DNA of 64,000 nt, taken from Balanoglossus misakiensis (lineage: Eukaryota > Animalia > Hemichordata). The notes under the pieces are model-generated. The model made no database searches. It had not been told where the DNA came from and saw nothing but the letters and a program-made list of their open reading frames with translations. Made by a program: the position numbers and the translations under genes. Below, one piece after another: positions 35,979-51,070 of this stretch (its first letter is position 1; every line of letters begins with the position of its first letter). The DNA lies in contig CM082593.2 in assembly GCA_040954595.2 (NCBI GenBank), forward strand, positions 1,684,901 to 1,748,900, given 5' to 3'.

Positions 35979-38900
35979 TTCATTTGGCGTCACACGTACC
36001 GCGCGCACCCGCAAGTCGTGTGCAGTCAACTCTTTAATCGAATCACCATCACCGCCAGCTAAGTAATAAATTGTTGCTGTTTCGAAGAACCATCCCTCCA
36101 GGCGAAGTGAGACAAAAAGCCATCGATTTTTGTTTTCTTTCCAAGACACCAGGTGGTATGCAATCTAGATCAGTAAGATGTCTATGCCAAGACTACAGGG
36201 GATTTAAAGTTTCCATGGCCTGAATCCAACTGTACACATTGTTGTGGTGGAAAGTTTCTGTGTGGATTCAAGATTTTTCCTAGCTTTAATTTTTGGTGGT
36301 ATGGCAGACAAAGTCATCGTTGTGGAAATATTCATCAAGAGGCGCAGTTACATTTGGTATTCAATCAGGGCAAGGACAAAATGCGCCACATAAATTTTTA
36401 CACCCTTCTGCCCTACGAGTTTCCATTAAAATTGCTGTTCTCACATTACATATCTGTATGATTTATGTTCCACAGAAATCACACGTAACGTGAGATGCAT
36501 TATGACTTATTCCAGGCTAGTCAACAGTGACATTTCAAGAACGCAGTTGGTGCAGCCTTTTTCATAAACCCATAAACTGTTACCCTGACAACATAATATC
36601 ATGAGAATGCCATGCATGGCATGAGGTGTACGATTCATTCTAGTTTACCTTTCAAACTTTATTGAAACAAAGGTATTGAAAGGTCAGAGTGAGCAAGTGG
36701 CACATTTTCATTCTTAATTAGGTGTTTAAATTCACTAATCGCGATATTAACGAGGTCATGCTGTGTCCTTAAACTGCATGATTCTTAATGAAATGGTTTA
36801 TCTGTCCCCATATTACACATTCAAGTGCTACAGAGTTTATGACTGAAATTGCCAGAGTCAAGGAACTAATACAATGTGGATCTTCCATTCGCCCTGATTG
36901 TCAGTGTATACATGTTCAACCACAGATAGTCGATTTACCTTTAAATAAAATAAGGCAAACTCTTAGTTGTGTGAGGGACTAGGTTTAACTATTGTCTTTG
37001 AAACACTTGGAGGATAACGCTGACATCGGATTCTCTACCTCATACCATGGTAATCTTAGTGATGTTTACGTTTTCGTCTGCCAAAACGAAGTTTGCTCCA
37101 AAATCAAATTATGTAGTAAGTACATACTGCTACATTTGGAAAGACCCGCGCACATGTCAGAAATGCAATACTTTAAGTTGCCTCACATGGAAAGAAGAAA
37201 CGCTGTTGATGGTGAAGACGGAAGGAAATCTGGACACATGAGCATTCGCGTTTGTTAGAGCAGAGCATCCTTGTGCAAATGTCCCCCTCGTGGTCACATC
37301 AAGGACATCCAACTTCCGTTTGCTTCATCGCTAGTATCGAATTCAATTGTAACACTTCCTTTTTGTAGGTAAGAAAAGACGCATTTAATTTCTTAAAATC
37401 CACAATTGTTGTGGGCTGGACATTGCCTAGTGGATTAACTATCACAGAAACAGTTTCAGGTAAATGACCAACTTAATGACATACTCAGACAAAGTGCCTT
37501 GTTTCTAAAGTTTAGAGTCATCTGTCGATTGTGATTAGAACCTTAAATGGCAACTCACATAATGCATTACAATAGGCTTTGCTACCGTATGTTAGCCTGT
37601 TGTCTATTTGTTCAGTCTAGTAGTGAACCTTAAATGGTTTTTCCTGATGAATTGTTCACAAATTACAAGTTATTTAAAGGCAGAAAGAAAATGGGGCAAT
37701 TCCTTAAATGTTACTGTGCAGGGTCTTTAAAAGCGCTTATCCTGACAACTCATCTTAAGTGGGTCACTGTGCAGAAGCACATCAATGTTAATTGAAATTT
37801 CTGTGAGCGTGTAAAAGTTATCCAAACGAAATTCCATGACATTTTTCCCCATTGGGTCTTCATTCGACAGGACCACCTAGCTTGACAATAAAAAAGAACC
37901 ATCATATGTACCGGTATATTGCTTCGAGGCATTGGTGACATTTTCTAGTATTATCTGATTTTATATTCTGTGCAATATTGTGTGCTGTCAAACTGCAGTC
38001 CTTAGGAGTTACAAAGATAGCTAGGACATATGTAAAGCGCAATAATTTAATCGGTCTATGATACATGCACCCATAAAAGTTTTACATGAGTTACATGACG
38101 ATCGAACGCATAGTTTGTAATTAGGCCAAGGTGTTATCTATAGCTTTCAAGATGAGTTGAATCAAGAATAGATTGACTAGATTTCGAATGCCATTTTAAA
38201 CATTGCAAGGGGCATGTCATTTAAGCCCCTGACTACATGTATATGTGGAAATCTTTAAAGCAGAAGAAAGCACACGACTTTTATGATTGATATCAGTAAT
38301 GCTTTGTATGAAAATCAGTGGGTTAGACCAGAAAGCTGTTATGAAAACGTCTATTAGCGTTTCTTTATGTTAGTCTTATCCACGAGCTCATATGCTCTTT
38401 TCCAAACTTTAGTTTACATCAAAAGATTTGTGTCAGTGCAATGAAAGTAATATTAATTAGTCCAGCTAAGCTAAATATTTCTGCTTTGATGAAGGGTTTA
38501 AACATTGCCCTTTGAACTTATTTTCTTGGTATTATCAGGGCAACGGAATGTCTGAATACCTGACGATGGAAGAATTTCAATGAGAAAGGGAAGTCCATAA
38601 CCCACAGCATTACCTTTTTACGATTAAGTCGCAATAAACGCATTGACAGTAACTCAACTAGTATGACGGAAGGCAGGCATTATAAATCGATGTTTAGTAT
38701 CGTGACATCATTTTTAAGCTTGAGCGGAAAGTGTGGTTATACATGCAGCAAAAGATTAATGATTTCGATACTGAAACTGTTTATTGAAGACATGGAGTTC
38801 GACAAGACTGACATGCAATGTCTGCGTCTATACAGCTTGAATTCCTCTGCATTCGCATTCGTGGGAAGTTTTCAATGTCTTTCGTAAATATCACAATGCC

Positions 38901-41900
38901 ATTTACATTATTACGTTCATAAAATTTTTCACATGGCAGACATATCGTGGTGGTCGATCATTATATCCCTTAATGGTCAGCGCCCAGCACTTTATTCATT
39001 CAACAAAGTTATTTCGCTATAATCTCAGCGGAGAATTCGATAATACTAACAGAGTGTGAAAAGACATAAGATTAATTGACTGCAATGACAAATGATGTCA
39101 TGGAAACGACCCAATGTATAGACTTAGAGGCGTTTAAACCACCTCCCAGGAAACGCTAGCTAAATAGTGAGACTGGGCGCGTCCTTTGGGACATCATAAA
39201 TAAAGGATTTACCACGTGAAAATCTGCTGCAGCATCTTTGCTTTGACTGTGTGTTGCATTTTTCTTATAATGTGAGGAATGCAGAAAACATTAACGAATG
39301 AAGGTTACACAGTGTTACGAGATGTGGTAATCAGTCACACACCTTACAGTGTATTAAGTAACTAGGCTACCTTGTCAAAGCATCAGCTGTTTAAAGACCC
39401 ACATTTTATCAGTGTTAAAGTACTTTAGTCAGTGTATGTGCTCTTCGTGGTGAATCAAGCACAATCTGCCTTGTTCGTGTTCAGCTTAAGCTATCAATTC
39501 AATTTGAAGGTAAATAATAAATAACAGACTGCTTTGTATACACTTTATTTTGCAAGATTCAGACACGTAACAACAAATGATTTGTTGATGAACTATTTGA
39601 GATGACTTAGTCCAAGACTATAATTGAACTAAACCACACGGCACGTCTGTTGGTGGCTGTTCATCTAACCCGTCAGTTGTATTTAAACTGTTCTCGTGTT
39701 TTCTCGTAAACACATCAATTGTGATGTTGCGCATTGCAATGGCAGATTCTAGATGGTGTAAACTTGGAGCAAGTGAGCGAGGACAGCAGCTGTAGTATTT
39801 TAACTTTACGGGGTCGATTTTAAGTGCAATTACATGATAAAGAGTGTGTGTCGTCTCCAGTGTAACGTGATGCACTGTTGATCCCTAACAGCCTTGAAAC
39901 TCGAACCTTTCAACGCAGAGGCTAAATTCCCAAGCGCTTGCACATCAATTTGTAGGACGAACGCTATCGGTTTCAAATCTCGGCATATGTCTGGTCGAAA
40001 GATAAGGAGAGCGTCAAAAGGAAAATTTACACCGGTGTCGTCATCATCTTTTATCCAATTTCCCGCCAAGATTTCGATAAGACGGGCTGTCAACTTTACG
40101 AGAAAAACATAAACTGCTGACAATAAGAGTCGTGTCGCAGCGGTCATTAAACATGCATCCTTGCAACAGACCCAAGTCAATTTACAAGTTGTTTCTCTCT
40201 CCTGTTACTCAACAACAAACCACTGTTACATCAACCTGAACATGGAATAATTTTGAAAGGTGATTGTGTTTGCTCAATTTTATTGGCAACATTCCAAGTT
40301 AGAGAAATACAATTACATGTATTTCTGGCTCAATGATGTTTTGTTGGCAATTTGTTTTATGGAACACGGTGCGGCTGCAGCTGGTTTAACATTACATTTT
40401 GGGATTTAAAGAATTTGATTTGTGTAATTTATCACTACCCATTGCCTTGGGTGCTTTATGGCTGCCATAACAACACACTCTGTAATTGTATAATGCATTT
40501 ACTACTTATATTAAACCCACACAATACATAAATTAATTGAATAGCAAATAGATATAATCACTCTATGTAATAGGTTTACATGTCTTATATGTGATGTGAC
40601 ATAATAGCTCAACTTTCTGGACAAACATAAACAACCCAGGGGCAACAACAAAAAGTGCGAAATCAGATTTCACAAATTCAAGAAAAAGAGCAGCAAATGA
40701 CTCTAGCATACATTACGTCTGAAATGTTTTGTTGAATTTGCGCTCATGCGTATATAACGTCGTGCAAAACAACCATTCCTTTGAGAATCCTTTAAGCCAT
40801 TTGCCAAAATAAACACAGTAATGAGTTTTTTGCAGAAATAATTGTTGTATCTTGGGAATCAACTGTTTAGGTCTATTTTGTTCTTATTGCATGAATCTAT
40901 TATTGATGCTGATCGTATTATACTTCTGCATCATTTATTGTTCATGATAGATGAAGATGGTGGAATCGATTATTATTAACAAAACCAGAGTTGTGAAAAT
41001 TTGAGAGATATTAGATATTTTGGTAGAAATACTTAATATAACAACTACCGGTACATGTGTATTCTTACATGTGGCTTTCATCTTGCAGAAACAGTAAAAA
41101 ACCTTAGAACACTGGATGATGCTAGCGTGATCGCACATGTCACGTAGTCAGCAATCCACCATAATCCTGCAGAGCCCAAAGGTATTTCCGAACCACTTTA
41201 ATGGACCTGGCCTACAAATAATGAGACACTAAAAATAATTCAAACAGCACAGTGATAATCTAGGCATTAAAACGACCATTACAATTAATTGAAATTTCCA
41301 ACAAATCAGATCTCATACAGTGGTGGTATTCATCGACACACACACTCACACAGAAAACCATCCATCCGTCCATCTACACACTCACACAGACACCCACCAA
41401 ATCAACCAACCATACTCCCCCTAGCCTACACTATGACTGGAACGGAGTGATAGCTTTTGCAATCCATATAATTTAAACGATTTAAACGATGGTTACATGG
41501 TTGTTGTGGTTTAGTAATACTGTGTGCGTACATGTACATGTAGAACCTACAATGGCGCCATCTGCGGTCAATTATCATTAAACCTTTTCACAGCCGAAAG
41601 AAATTTCAGAATAATATGTTGAGGGATACAACTATCCAATGTTGCTCCTCCAAGCACGGCCTTCATAATTATCTGCGAACTGCAGATTTCAGAACAAAGC
41701 TGTTGAAAATGCAATTTAAAGAGAACGACAAGATGGGTTATATAAAAGCAAATGAAATACAGTTTGAACATGATGTTGCAATAAACAAACTAGCATTGAA
41801 AAGTAATATTCTCTATGTACCTTCTATTACGTCTTTTAACTTGTATAGAATTCATTTGAGGGCGCCCCCTTTCCTAGATGTGTGACATACACATGTGTAT

Positions 41901-44900
41901 AATACTCTCATCGTTTACTGTTAGCAAAATGTCAACATCTCAAGCGCATCTTTACTTAGGATAGATTTTATAGGATGTTTGAACTTTTACCTGTGATAAC
42001 GTCCGCAAGACAGTACATCTCTAAAAACAAATATGCCAAAGCAATGTAGAAAACGTAAAATATAGGCATTCTGAGTACATTTAATTTGATGAAGAAAATA
42101 AACACAAAACTCCTCTTACTCTATCTCTCGATGGTCACGTCGTACTACCTTGACCCTTTTGCTTTCTCTCTCTTAGTTGTAACTTTAGATATCCATAAAA
42201 TTATTCGTAATACACTGTCCAAGTGAATAACTATTTGTCACTTGACATACGTTATTAGACATGTGTCAAATTTCCGCCAAAGCAAATGCTGCCGCTCACA
42301 CTGTCAAGCATGGCCATTTACGATAATAAATTTGTCGGCTTCGGTTTATACACATCCTACTGACGCCACATTGGTTCATATCAGTCATTCCCGTGTTTGC
42401 AACACAGAATTATACTGCATGTTATATCATTGTGGTGGTTGCGTTCCTAGCTGTAAGAGCTTGAAGAGTCAATGTGAGCGAAGAGGGAGTGTCAACAGCA
42501 GTCTGTTGAAGTAAGTAGGCTATAGTTAAGGAATATCTCTCAACTCTCTCTCTTTCAATCACTCATCACTCGCTCTAACTCACTCACTAACTATGTCCGA
42601 TCTTTGGTCCATGTAATGTTTATTTATTAACTGTTTACTTGTGCATTGTCAAGCCGACGAGGGTCAGAAATAAAGCTGTAAACATGTACTGTATATCTCT
42701 GAAAAGTTCACTGGAGATTTGTTAAATAGACAATTGAGCCATACGCACATTGCTTCAGTATTGCGTTACAGTATGCCACTGTTGGTGAACATTAGAAAAG
42801 CTCCAACTGGGATCGACAGAAAACCATCAGGGATGTCACAATTTAAAGAACCTGTGTGACATATGTTACAGAGAAGACTGGTCGTCTTGATTAATTTATT
42901 ATCACATCTTTTAAATATTGATACTCTCCGTATTAACAAGAGGAAATTGGAAATAGCATCGATTCGTGGTGTTATTTTGCTTTAGTGAAGTGAAAGCATG
43001 TTTTTTTACAATTCATTATGCGCATGAGGAGAGCTAACACAAATCAAAAACGCAAATACACGTCTTCTAATGGAACGCTCACGCTTGAAGACTACTTTCA
43101 ATCCGAAAATGCTCTAATTTCATCCATTTGCTCAAATATATATCCTGTTTAATTTTGCGCGTAAAGGGAAATGAAAAGGTTTGTCCATGACAAACGCTTT
43201 CGCCGACTCGTAGTGGTACAAAGGCCTGAAATTTGCTCGCAATTATGAATGCACAATTTGTGCTGCGCTCATGAAATATGGCAGCACCTTAGTATCAATA
43301 TAAATTGATTTCTTTGTTACGATTAATAAGAGACTAAATAATCAATACCAATTTCCTTATCTCAATCATTATATGGAGGAAGGTGTGAAATTGTCTGCTA
43401 CAAGATCTGATAGATGATACAGTCGTGTGCATTCATTCATGGATTAGCTATTCTAGCGGAAAATTAAACAGAGACTGGAATACGAATGACGCAAAGTGAT
43501 TTATAACAAGTCTTACCCTGCAATCTGCTATGAAACCAAGATACTTGTCAATGCTGCATGCTATTCTTTGACATTTAAGAAAGCTGAAAACAAGTAGGAA
43601 TTGTATCTCTTGGCATGTTTATTATCAGGCCTAATATTTCACAGTGTTCCTTTTATATACCTTGTAAGTGACGGTATTTCAGAAAAAAACTAACAAATGC
43701 TATGTAAGTACTTAATCACACGAACATGTATGATGCATTATGAGAAATCGCGAAATACGTATGACCCATTTAAGCTTGATAAATACAAAATCATGTTGAC
43801 AATAATTCTGAAAATTACGTTTGGGGAAGTGTCACAGTTATATCAATTATGTGGGGGCTATAGGTCTGTATGTAAGTGGCATATTCCCTCTTTTAATATA
43901 CCCCTTTTCACTAAATACAGTTGCTTTGAACACACATCAAGAATGCTAAGAAGGTTCCATAAGACGCTTTCCGAAGCAATAAAGGCACTACTTGCATTGA
44001 AAACTGTAATTGGAAATTTCAAGAGACTGCATGACAAAAGCAGGTTGTGGTTGTTGAAACGAGTTCGGTTTGAAAGGAGTGTGAAGTGAGGTTAACAAGG
44101 GTCGGCACTTGGGAGATCGTTAACAATCTTTAATGAGTCTCCTCGCTGTGCCTACCAGGTGCAATTCTTTTCTAACACCTAGCCTAGAGGAAAATGAAGT
44201 TTTTGTCACGTTCATGTGACTTGTATAAATATTGATGAAAAAATCTGTCTGATTTTCCGGCCAAAGCAGACCATTTGGATAGATAAAGACTTAATTTTGA
44301 TCTTTTAAAAATATTGAAATATTAACTTTTATGTACATCATGTCTACATTACTGATTATGAAATGTTGAATTTCACTGACCAAAGCACTCAGGCAAATTA
44401 TAGTAAGGAGACCTTGTCCATGTTAATAAACTTAATACCACAATGAGGTTTGGTCTCTGAAATAATGTTATTGAGAGAAAAAGGTTGTTTGCACATTTCT
44501 CAAATTATGAAAAACTGAGACACGGACACTGAAAGATTCATGAACAATTTCAGGCCAGATTTATTTATCACCAAGGTTATTATGATTTACTTCTTGAGAG
44601 CAAATTCCTTGGCAGGAATGTTATAATTACCGATCATTGAAAGGTTAAATCGACACGTTTGCCTATGGCATATGTCATAAACTACCAGATAGCTCAGGTA
44701 TTCACCCTGCTTGCTCATAAGTGTTATGTGCCAGAGCTCTTTTTATATGTATCACACTTAGTGCAACTGAGGCTTGCTTTCAAAATCTTGTCAGAAGTAG
44801 GTTTTATATGGAGAATGATGTTTAGGTCACAATAATATAATGTTATGATGAAACAATGCCTGTCCTGGACCTTGCGATAATTTCATATGGCGTGATTTAC

Positions 44901-47900
44901 TCACTCTACCTACTTGTGACGTCATTGTCACTGCTGAAGCAGAGCAAAGGGTTGTAATGGGGATGAATATGGCCATGTCTGCATTTTTGTCACATATAGA
45001 TCAACAGAATGATTGCATGCCTCATGGGCTTTTGCAATGCTCGTAAACTGTACCTGTGTGGGCGATTATGATGTATGGTTTTTACAGACAATTTTTGTGT
45101 TCCTAGTTCACTTTTCGTATTATGAACAAGACAGGAAAGAGTCCCTCTAGATTCTGATTTTAATTTGAAATGATAATGTGAGATCATACATTTGACAAAT
45201 TAACCAATTGAGTCGTGCGAAATAAATTTTGAAATGTTACGTTTTATGGGTGGTTAGAACGTATTTTATGGTTGGTATTGAGTGTTAATGTTTTGGTCCA
45301 GAATGAAGGTAATGGAATCTCCCGCCGTGTGAAAATGGAGCCGTCTATTTTTGCCCAACGGCAGAACCAAAAGTTCGGGACGTTCACACGGCATTCGAAG
45401 CTGGTCGTTCAGATGATTGCTACGGTATTAAACTTACTCGTATTCGTGTAATGGGCAATTTATTCGCTAGCTGAGAGGAGGGCATCAATAACGCGTAAGG
45501 TAAGTGGCGAGAATCAATAAAAACTCGTACATGTTATTAGAGTTATGAAAAGACAAGCCCTGGATGCACATCTGATCAGCGTCCTGCACGGTCAAGACGG
45601 CTGCCTTTGTGATACAATACATTGGACACTACTTCACACAAGTGATTGTGGTTTCACAGTTGTTGCTGTGATTGACTGACTTGAGTTCAGAGAAAATCTA
45701 TCCATCTCTGCCCACTGTAAAATTAGACACACATTTCGGCAATTTGTCATATCGCAGCACACAGTACTGGTTAATCTGCAATAATCACTCGATGATTTAA
45801 ACATTATTAGGGGTAATATTACACACAACGTCGGGAAACCCGAAGCCCTCCCTTTCAAAGGGTTGCAGCAAATGGTTGATAGATTAAAATTTGTCGTGAC
45901 TTGCATGCAAACGTTGGATTACTGCTGTAACCTGTTATTGACTGACACAAGATCATTCCAACATTACATATATGTAATAGAGAGTTAGCGATGAAAACTT
46001 TTAGTAATTTGATTATGCTTAGGACCTTGCTTGCATTGACATTGACTGGCAAATTAATAAAGCACGAATTAAATTTAATAAAGCCTTATATGATACCTTT
46101 TTCTGGTTAATCACATTGAAAAGTAAGACTATTACCTTTCACATTTAATCTTGATATTTTAATTAACGGTATTATATGTCTTTCAGACCATGACTTCAGT
46201 TTGCAAAGTAATCACCACAACGAGTTTGGGTTTTAGTTAGGTTGCTGCCATGCGCGTCTTTTACGCTCAGTTTACAACAATGCTTGGCGATAATAATAAA
46301 ATCAGCCACATTTTGATGCGCCAGCTTCAGAGCCAATGAATACAGTGGATAACTGCACATATCAAAATAAACCATGTATGACATTTTTGCACGATTAGAC
46401 TGTGCAAATTTTATCACTTTTCACACTTGGCTGTCTTTATTTGTAATCCCCGTCCATTTGAAATATATGAGCCATTCCGTAGAATGCCATTAACCAGTTG
46501 TGATGCACAAGAGGTTAAGTGATAGGTTGCATATCGTGCGTAAGATACAGCAATTAATGACACATGTACCTCCTTGTTTAAAATTGTACGAATAAACAGA
46601 TACATGCTTCGCCAAATTGTCAAGATCCATTGCATCATTTCGTCATTCCGTTTGTATTTCAACAGTTTCCAGACTTTAAAATGGACCCAGGCATTTTGAC
46701 AGCTCTTTCAAAGTGTTTGTCCACGGTTTTGAAAGTCATGTAAATGTACACCAGTTGAAATTTATCTACATTTCTGGCGTCCCTGACACATATAGCGATT
46801 AAAAACACACATTTGATTAGCACAGCCTTGGGGACTTTGCACGCACCGTAATGGATTTGAACTAAGCGACCATCCCCGATGCCAAACTACAATGGAGCCA
46901 CGATGATAAGTGAGCCGAAGAGAAGATAGCAAACAGTAGTCTTTTCGTCGGCATCTTTGATTGAATAATTACACCTAGTCGCTGATGCTGTCTTCATATT
47001 AGTTTGTGCTCCTCCTTTGGGGCATATCTCTACCCACACGAGACAACAAGTAATGGGAAACTTTACAGCTAGCTTAATACGTATATGTTCTAACCAAGAT
47101 AGAGTAATAAAGCAAATTTCACATTAACCTAATTTGCATACTCAGTGTATGAAGGTCTTTCGCCCAGATATTGACTAAGTGGTACAAAATGTTAACATCA
47201 TATGGCCAACTCCTATTAGCCCCCTTCAATCTACAAACATGCCATCAGGATATCACCAGGTTTGTGTGATTTGGGGAGGGCCAATAGTTGTATACTGGTG
47301 CCCAGGGGACCAGGAAGACCACACATTCTCATTTGGGGGAAGGTGAGAATATGTTGTGCAAGATAGATATGATATCAAAATGTTAATCAACAGACTAGCA
47401 TTTACTCATTATTTCACACAAGATGCCTTTTTGCACAAAATTTATATAGTTATTAAGACGTACATGTTATGAATATATATGAAATTTCTGGTAAGGCGAA
47501 ATATAATGCAAAGTTTACCACTCATTTCAACATGAATTGTGTAATTTCAGGGGAATGTAAAAGCAGTTTACTGCACAATCATTACACTGCTTGGTGAGGT
47601 CTCCTTCGAACCCGATCAAATCAATCATAATTTGCTCCAACATAACAGCAAAGTAAGAAAGACTGTTTCTTAAAATAGACATTGCAATATTGATGTGAAG
47701 ATACAGAATAGGAAACGTGCGAAGGTCGACCACCCTCACGACTCGCATGCTACTGGCGTGTTATTAGATATTTCAATAGGGAACATTCATAATACCTTCA
47801 GAGAACTCACAGTATAATCATCAGGGCACATTTGGAGTGTCCGCTTACAAGAATTGCGTCATATTGCTCCTGAAGACGAAGGCCTCACGTGGCGGGCTTA

Positions 47901-50900
47901 ACAACTTTATTGTTGCCGAGCAACCAAGCGTAACATGACCACTTTTACTTTGACGGACTAATTTGACTTCGTATACGTAGAATAGCAACGATAATGCTAC
48001 CAAGGTCAACGTCACTGATGCTTGGGAAAACACTTTACAGGTTATCACTGCAAAGAGATCAATGCCTTTTATCCCGGGAGATACATTAATCCACCATGTT
48101 TTCTTCACGCCGTTCTCTTTATTTCTTTACATTCTGCCAGCAAGAGTCAAGCCATGGCAAAATAAATAGATGTCTCAGTACATGTGGTCACATCCGTACA
48201 CAAACTGGTCACTTACAAAGTGCATCCACATGCCAAAGCCATCGCGTGACAACAATGAATGAAAATTATTCCTGGTCAATGAAATTTGATGGGTTGTTGG
48301 TTATCAAAGCACTGCAAATTAAATTCGCAAATTTGTATGTCAATAACGTAGTGCATGATTACATTATAATTTTGTTATGCCTGCAAGCGATGACTATCAA
48401 GCTAGAATGATTGTATAATGACATTGTATGAAACAGATTAAAAAAATCCAATGATGACCACTTCTGCCTTTATATCAGCAATTTCGACCCATTGAATTCT
48501 AAAATTTGCTTTACTATTCGTGCTCCCTGCAATCTTTTTATGATTACATGGTTTTATCCCTGTGGTCGTTGCATTCACATTACGATGAGTTTAAACTAGA
48601 AAGGCCTAGTTATTCCTAACTAGCAAGTACTTCACGCAACAATACAGTTTTTATATCAAATTACAAGGTTCCGAATTCACTTCTCTTGTGATTTCAAATT
48701 GCTTGCTTTCTTGTGGTCTATGCGTAGGAATACCATCAAGTGCTATGGTTGCCTGTGTACAAAGCAAATGAAAGGTGTAAGGTCTCATGCAAGTCTCATT
48801 TCCTTGTAATAACAGCTGTGTCTAGGCGCTAACAGTTCATCCCAGAAGTCATCACTCCTACGTCTGGGGGATTCAAATGTCTCATCTTTTCAAATATCTA
48901 AAATGCCTTAATTCACCTCTCGACAACTGCACACAAAATATGCCATGCAACTATTAATTTTAGAGGACAGTTGTATTTGAATAGCACATATGCTCCCTGG
49001 AAAGGTTGTAAATTGTCATTGACGTGTTTGTAGGTCGCGATTTATTGCCCTGAAAGGAGACGGCACTGAGGAAGGGTAAACACCAATTGAATTGAAATGT
49101 CACCACGTCATGTCAACATGCTTAGCAAATACATGGCATATCTCTGGAGATATCGCCGAGACATCGTAGGCCCTGAACTGACGGCACAGACATGCCAAGT
49201 CCACAAAATCAATCTCCATCCATTAAATTGTTCTTTTAAGTATTTTAAGGCAAAGTCGCATTAAATAGTACATCGCCTGAATATAATCATCAGTTTTTGC
49301 AAGGAATTCAATTATCAATATATTCATATCACACTTCCACTTTGCTAGATTTTGATATATCTGTCCAGTAATAGTTCCAAGTTCACCTGCCCATTTGTAA
49401 TACAAGACAATCTGGCGACAGAATCGACTTTGCGTGCATTGACACATATTAAAAATTGGCAGACCGTTTCCGACCAACAACCAGACCACTTAAAGTGATT
49501 TCATCATGCATCACGTGATATGAATAGGTGTACACGTAAGCATAGTAAACTTTTGGTACAATGTATTCTGTTCAATGTTATCCTCGCAAATGGTGCATGG
49601 TACTTGTTTGACGTTCAAGCAAACTGAAAAAAAAGTGTAGTTTAATGGTGAGGGATTAGAGTCTGATACTTGTTTCAAATTAATACCAATATCAAGTCAC
49701 TGTTCGTCATACGATGCCGCCAATATTGTTTGATCACAATCCGACTTTTTGAAATATCGCCACTTTGGCAATTGATATAAATTGGTAAATGGTTTGTACC
49801 GGGAATTAAGGCACATTTTATGTCTAATCTTTATGCAAAAGTTTACTCAATAATATTTTATGTTTGCTATTCCTTTTAAGTCTGTAGTTTCAGTCGACAC
49901 AAAGTCAATATTTGCGTCCTCAGATGCCGTGTCTATGCATTAATCTGCCGCCATAAATTTGAGCATTTTTATGCCAAGGTACTTAATGCAAAGCGTTATT
50001 CCGGCCATCTGCCAAAGTATACTGCTCCTCTGGCCGTCTTCCGGGCACTTATGCCCCTCAAGGCAACTGCCGAAATGTGTAACTATGTAAAATGAAACGC
50101 ACTTTGTGTACTATTCAAAATGGAAAAATTAATGTCAACAAAATATAAGGGTCTCTTGAGAAACCTAACAAATGAACGCAACGGCGCTTTCCTTCCATTG
50201 GCAAACATTTCGCACGTCACATTAATGCATTTAGGCAGTTATATACGACATTTTACATAATCGGCTTTGCCCAGACAGCACATATACAGCAACAAATGTT
50301 TCAGCAGTTGCTGTACAAAACAGATTTTTCCAGTAACTGTCGTACTCATGTTGTCTAGGTTGACCTGCAAAGACAAACTCGGTTGTTTCATGCATCATTT
50401 ATTCTAGGAAACATGTCTCGGTAAACAGCGTGACCGACCATCAGAAACCTTTCTTTAAATAAACGGCCATTGTATCACTGTTACTTATTAAGTGAGCCTA
50501 CCTCATTTTTTAAGACATTGATGAAATATAACTTTCATCACATGAAACTACGTAGATCCTTCTCGTGCTAGTACAAATGAATTTCACCCAAATCCTACAA
50601 TTTATCTTGCAAATCTTCTTAAATAAAGTGACTATCTACTTCAAAATATGTATTGATAAGAATCTTGCCTATGAACAGAATTAAAGCAAAGCTACTGGTC
50701 GGTTTAGCGCAAGCGTAGTAGTGGGTTGGGTAGAGTGAAGCAATAATTCGTCGTGTGAGGGCACAAGATTTAATGCAAACACGCTTAACTCGTGATTGCT
50801 GTAGACATTTCTGTCAGTGTGACGTTTCAATCGTCGAGTAAGGTTCCGTGGTTACGATGTGTAACATCAATGCATAAGGTACGTAATGGCACAGCTTTTA

Positions 50901-50965
50901 GTATAGTTTGTAAATTTTGTCGTACATGCACATATGCAGGTCATCAGACTCGTTGATGTCTACAT

Positions 50966-51070
50966 GTATCCATCCATCCATCCAACCAACCATCCATCTA
51001 TCCATCCAAGCATACATCCTTATTTCTGCTTACCTATCCCCACTCATCTGTTAACCACCCACCCACATAT
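50966..51070. repeat. Imperfect (CATC)n microsatellite
   Basis: catccatccatccaaccaaccatccatctatccatcc... Confidence 0.75.

Noticed and set aside
43697-44089. 130-aa plus ORF
   Set aside because: No motif or splice support; consistent with chance.
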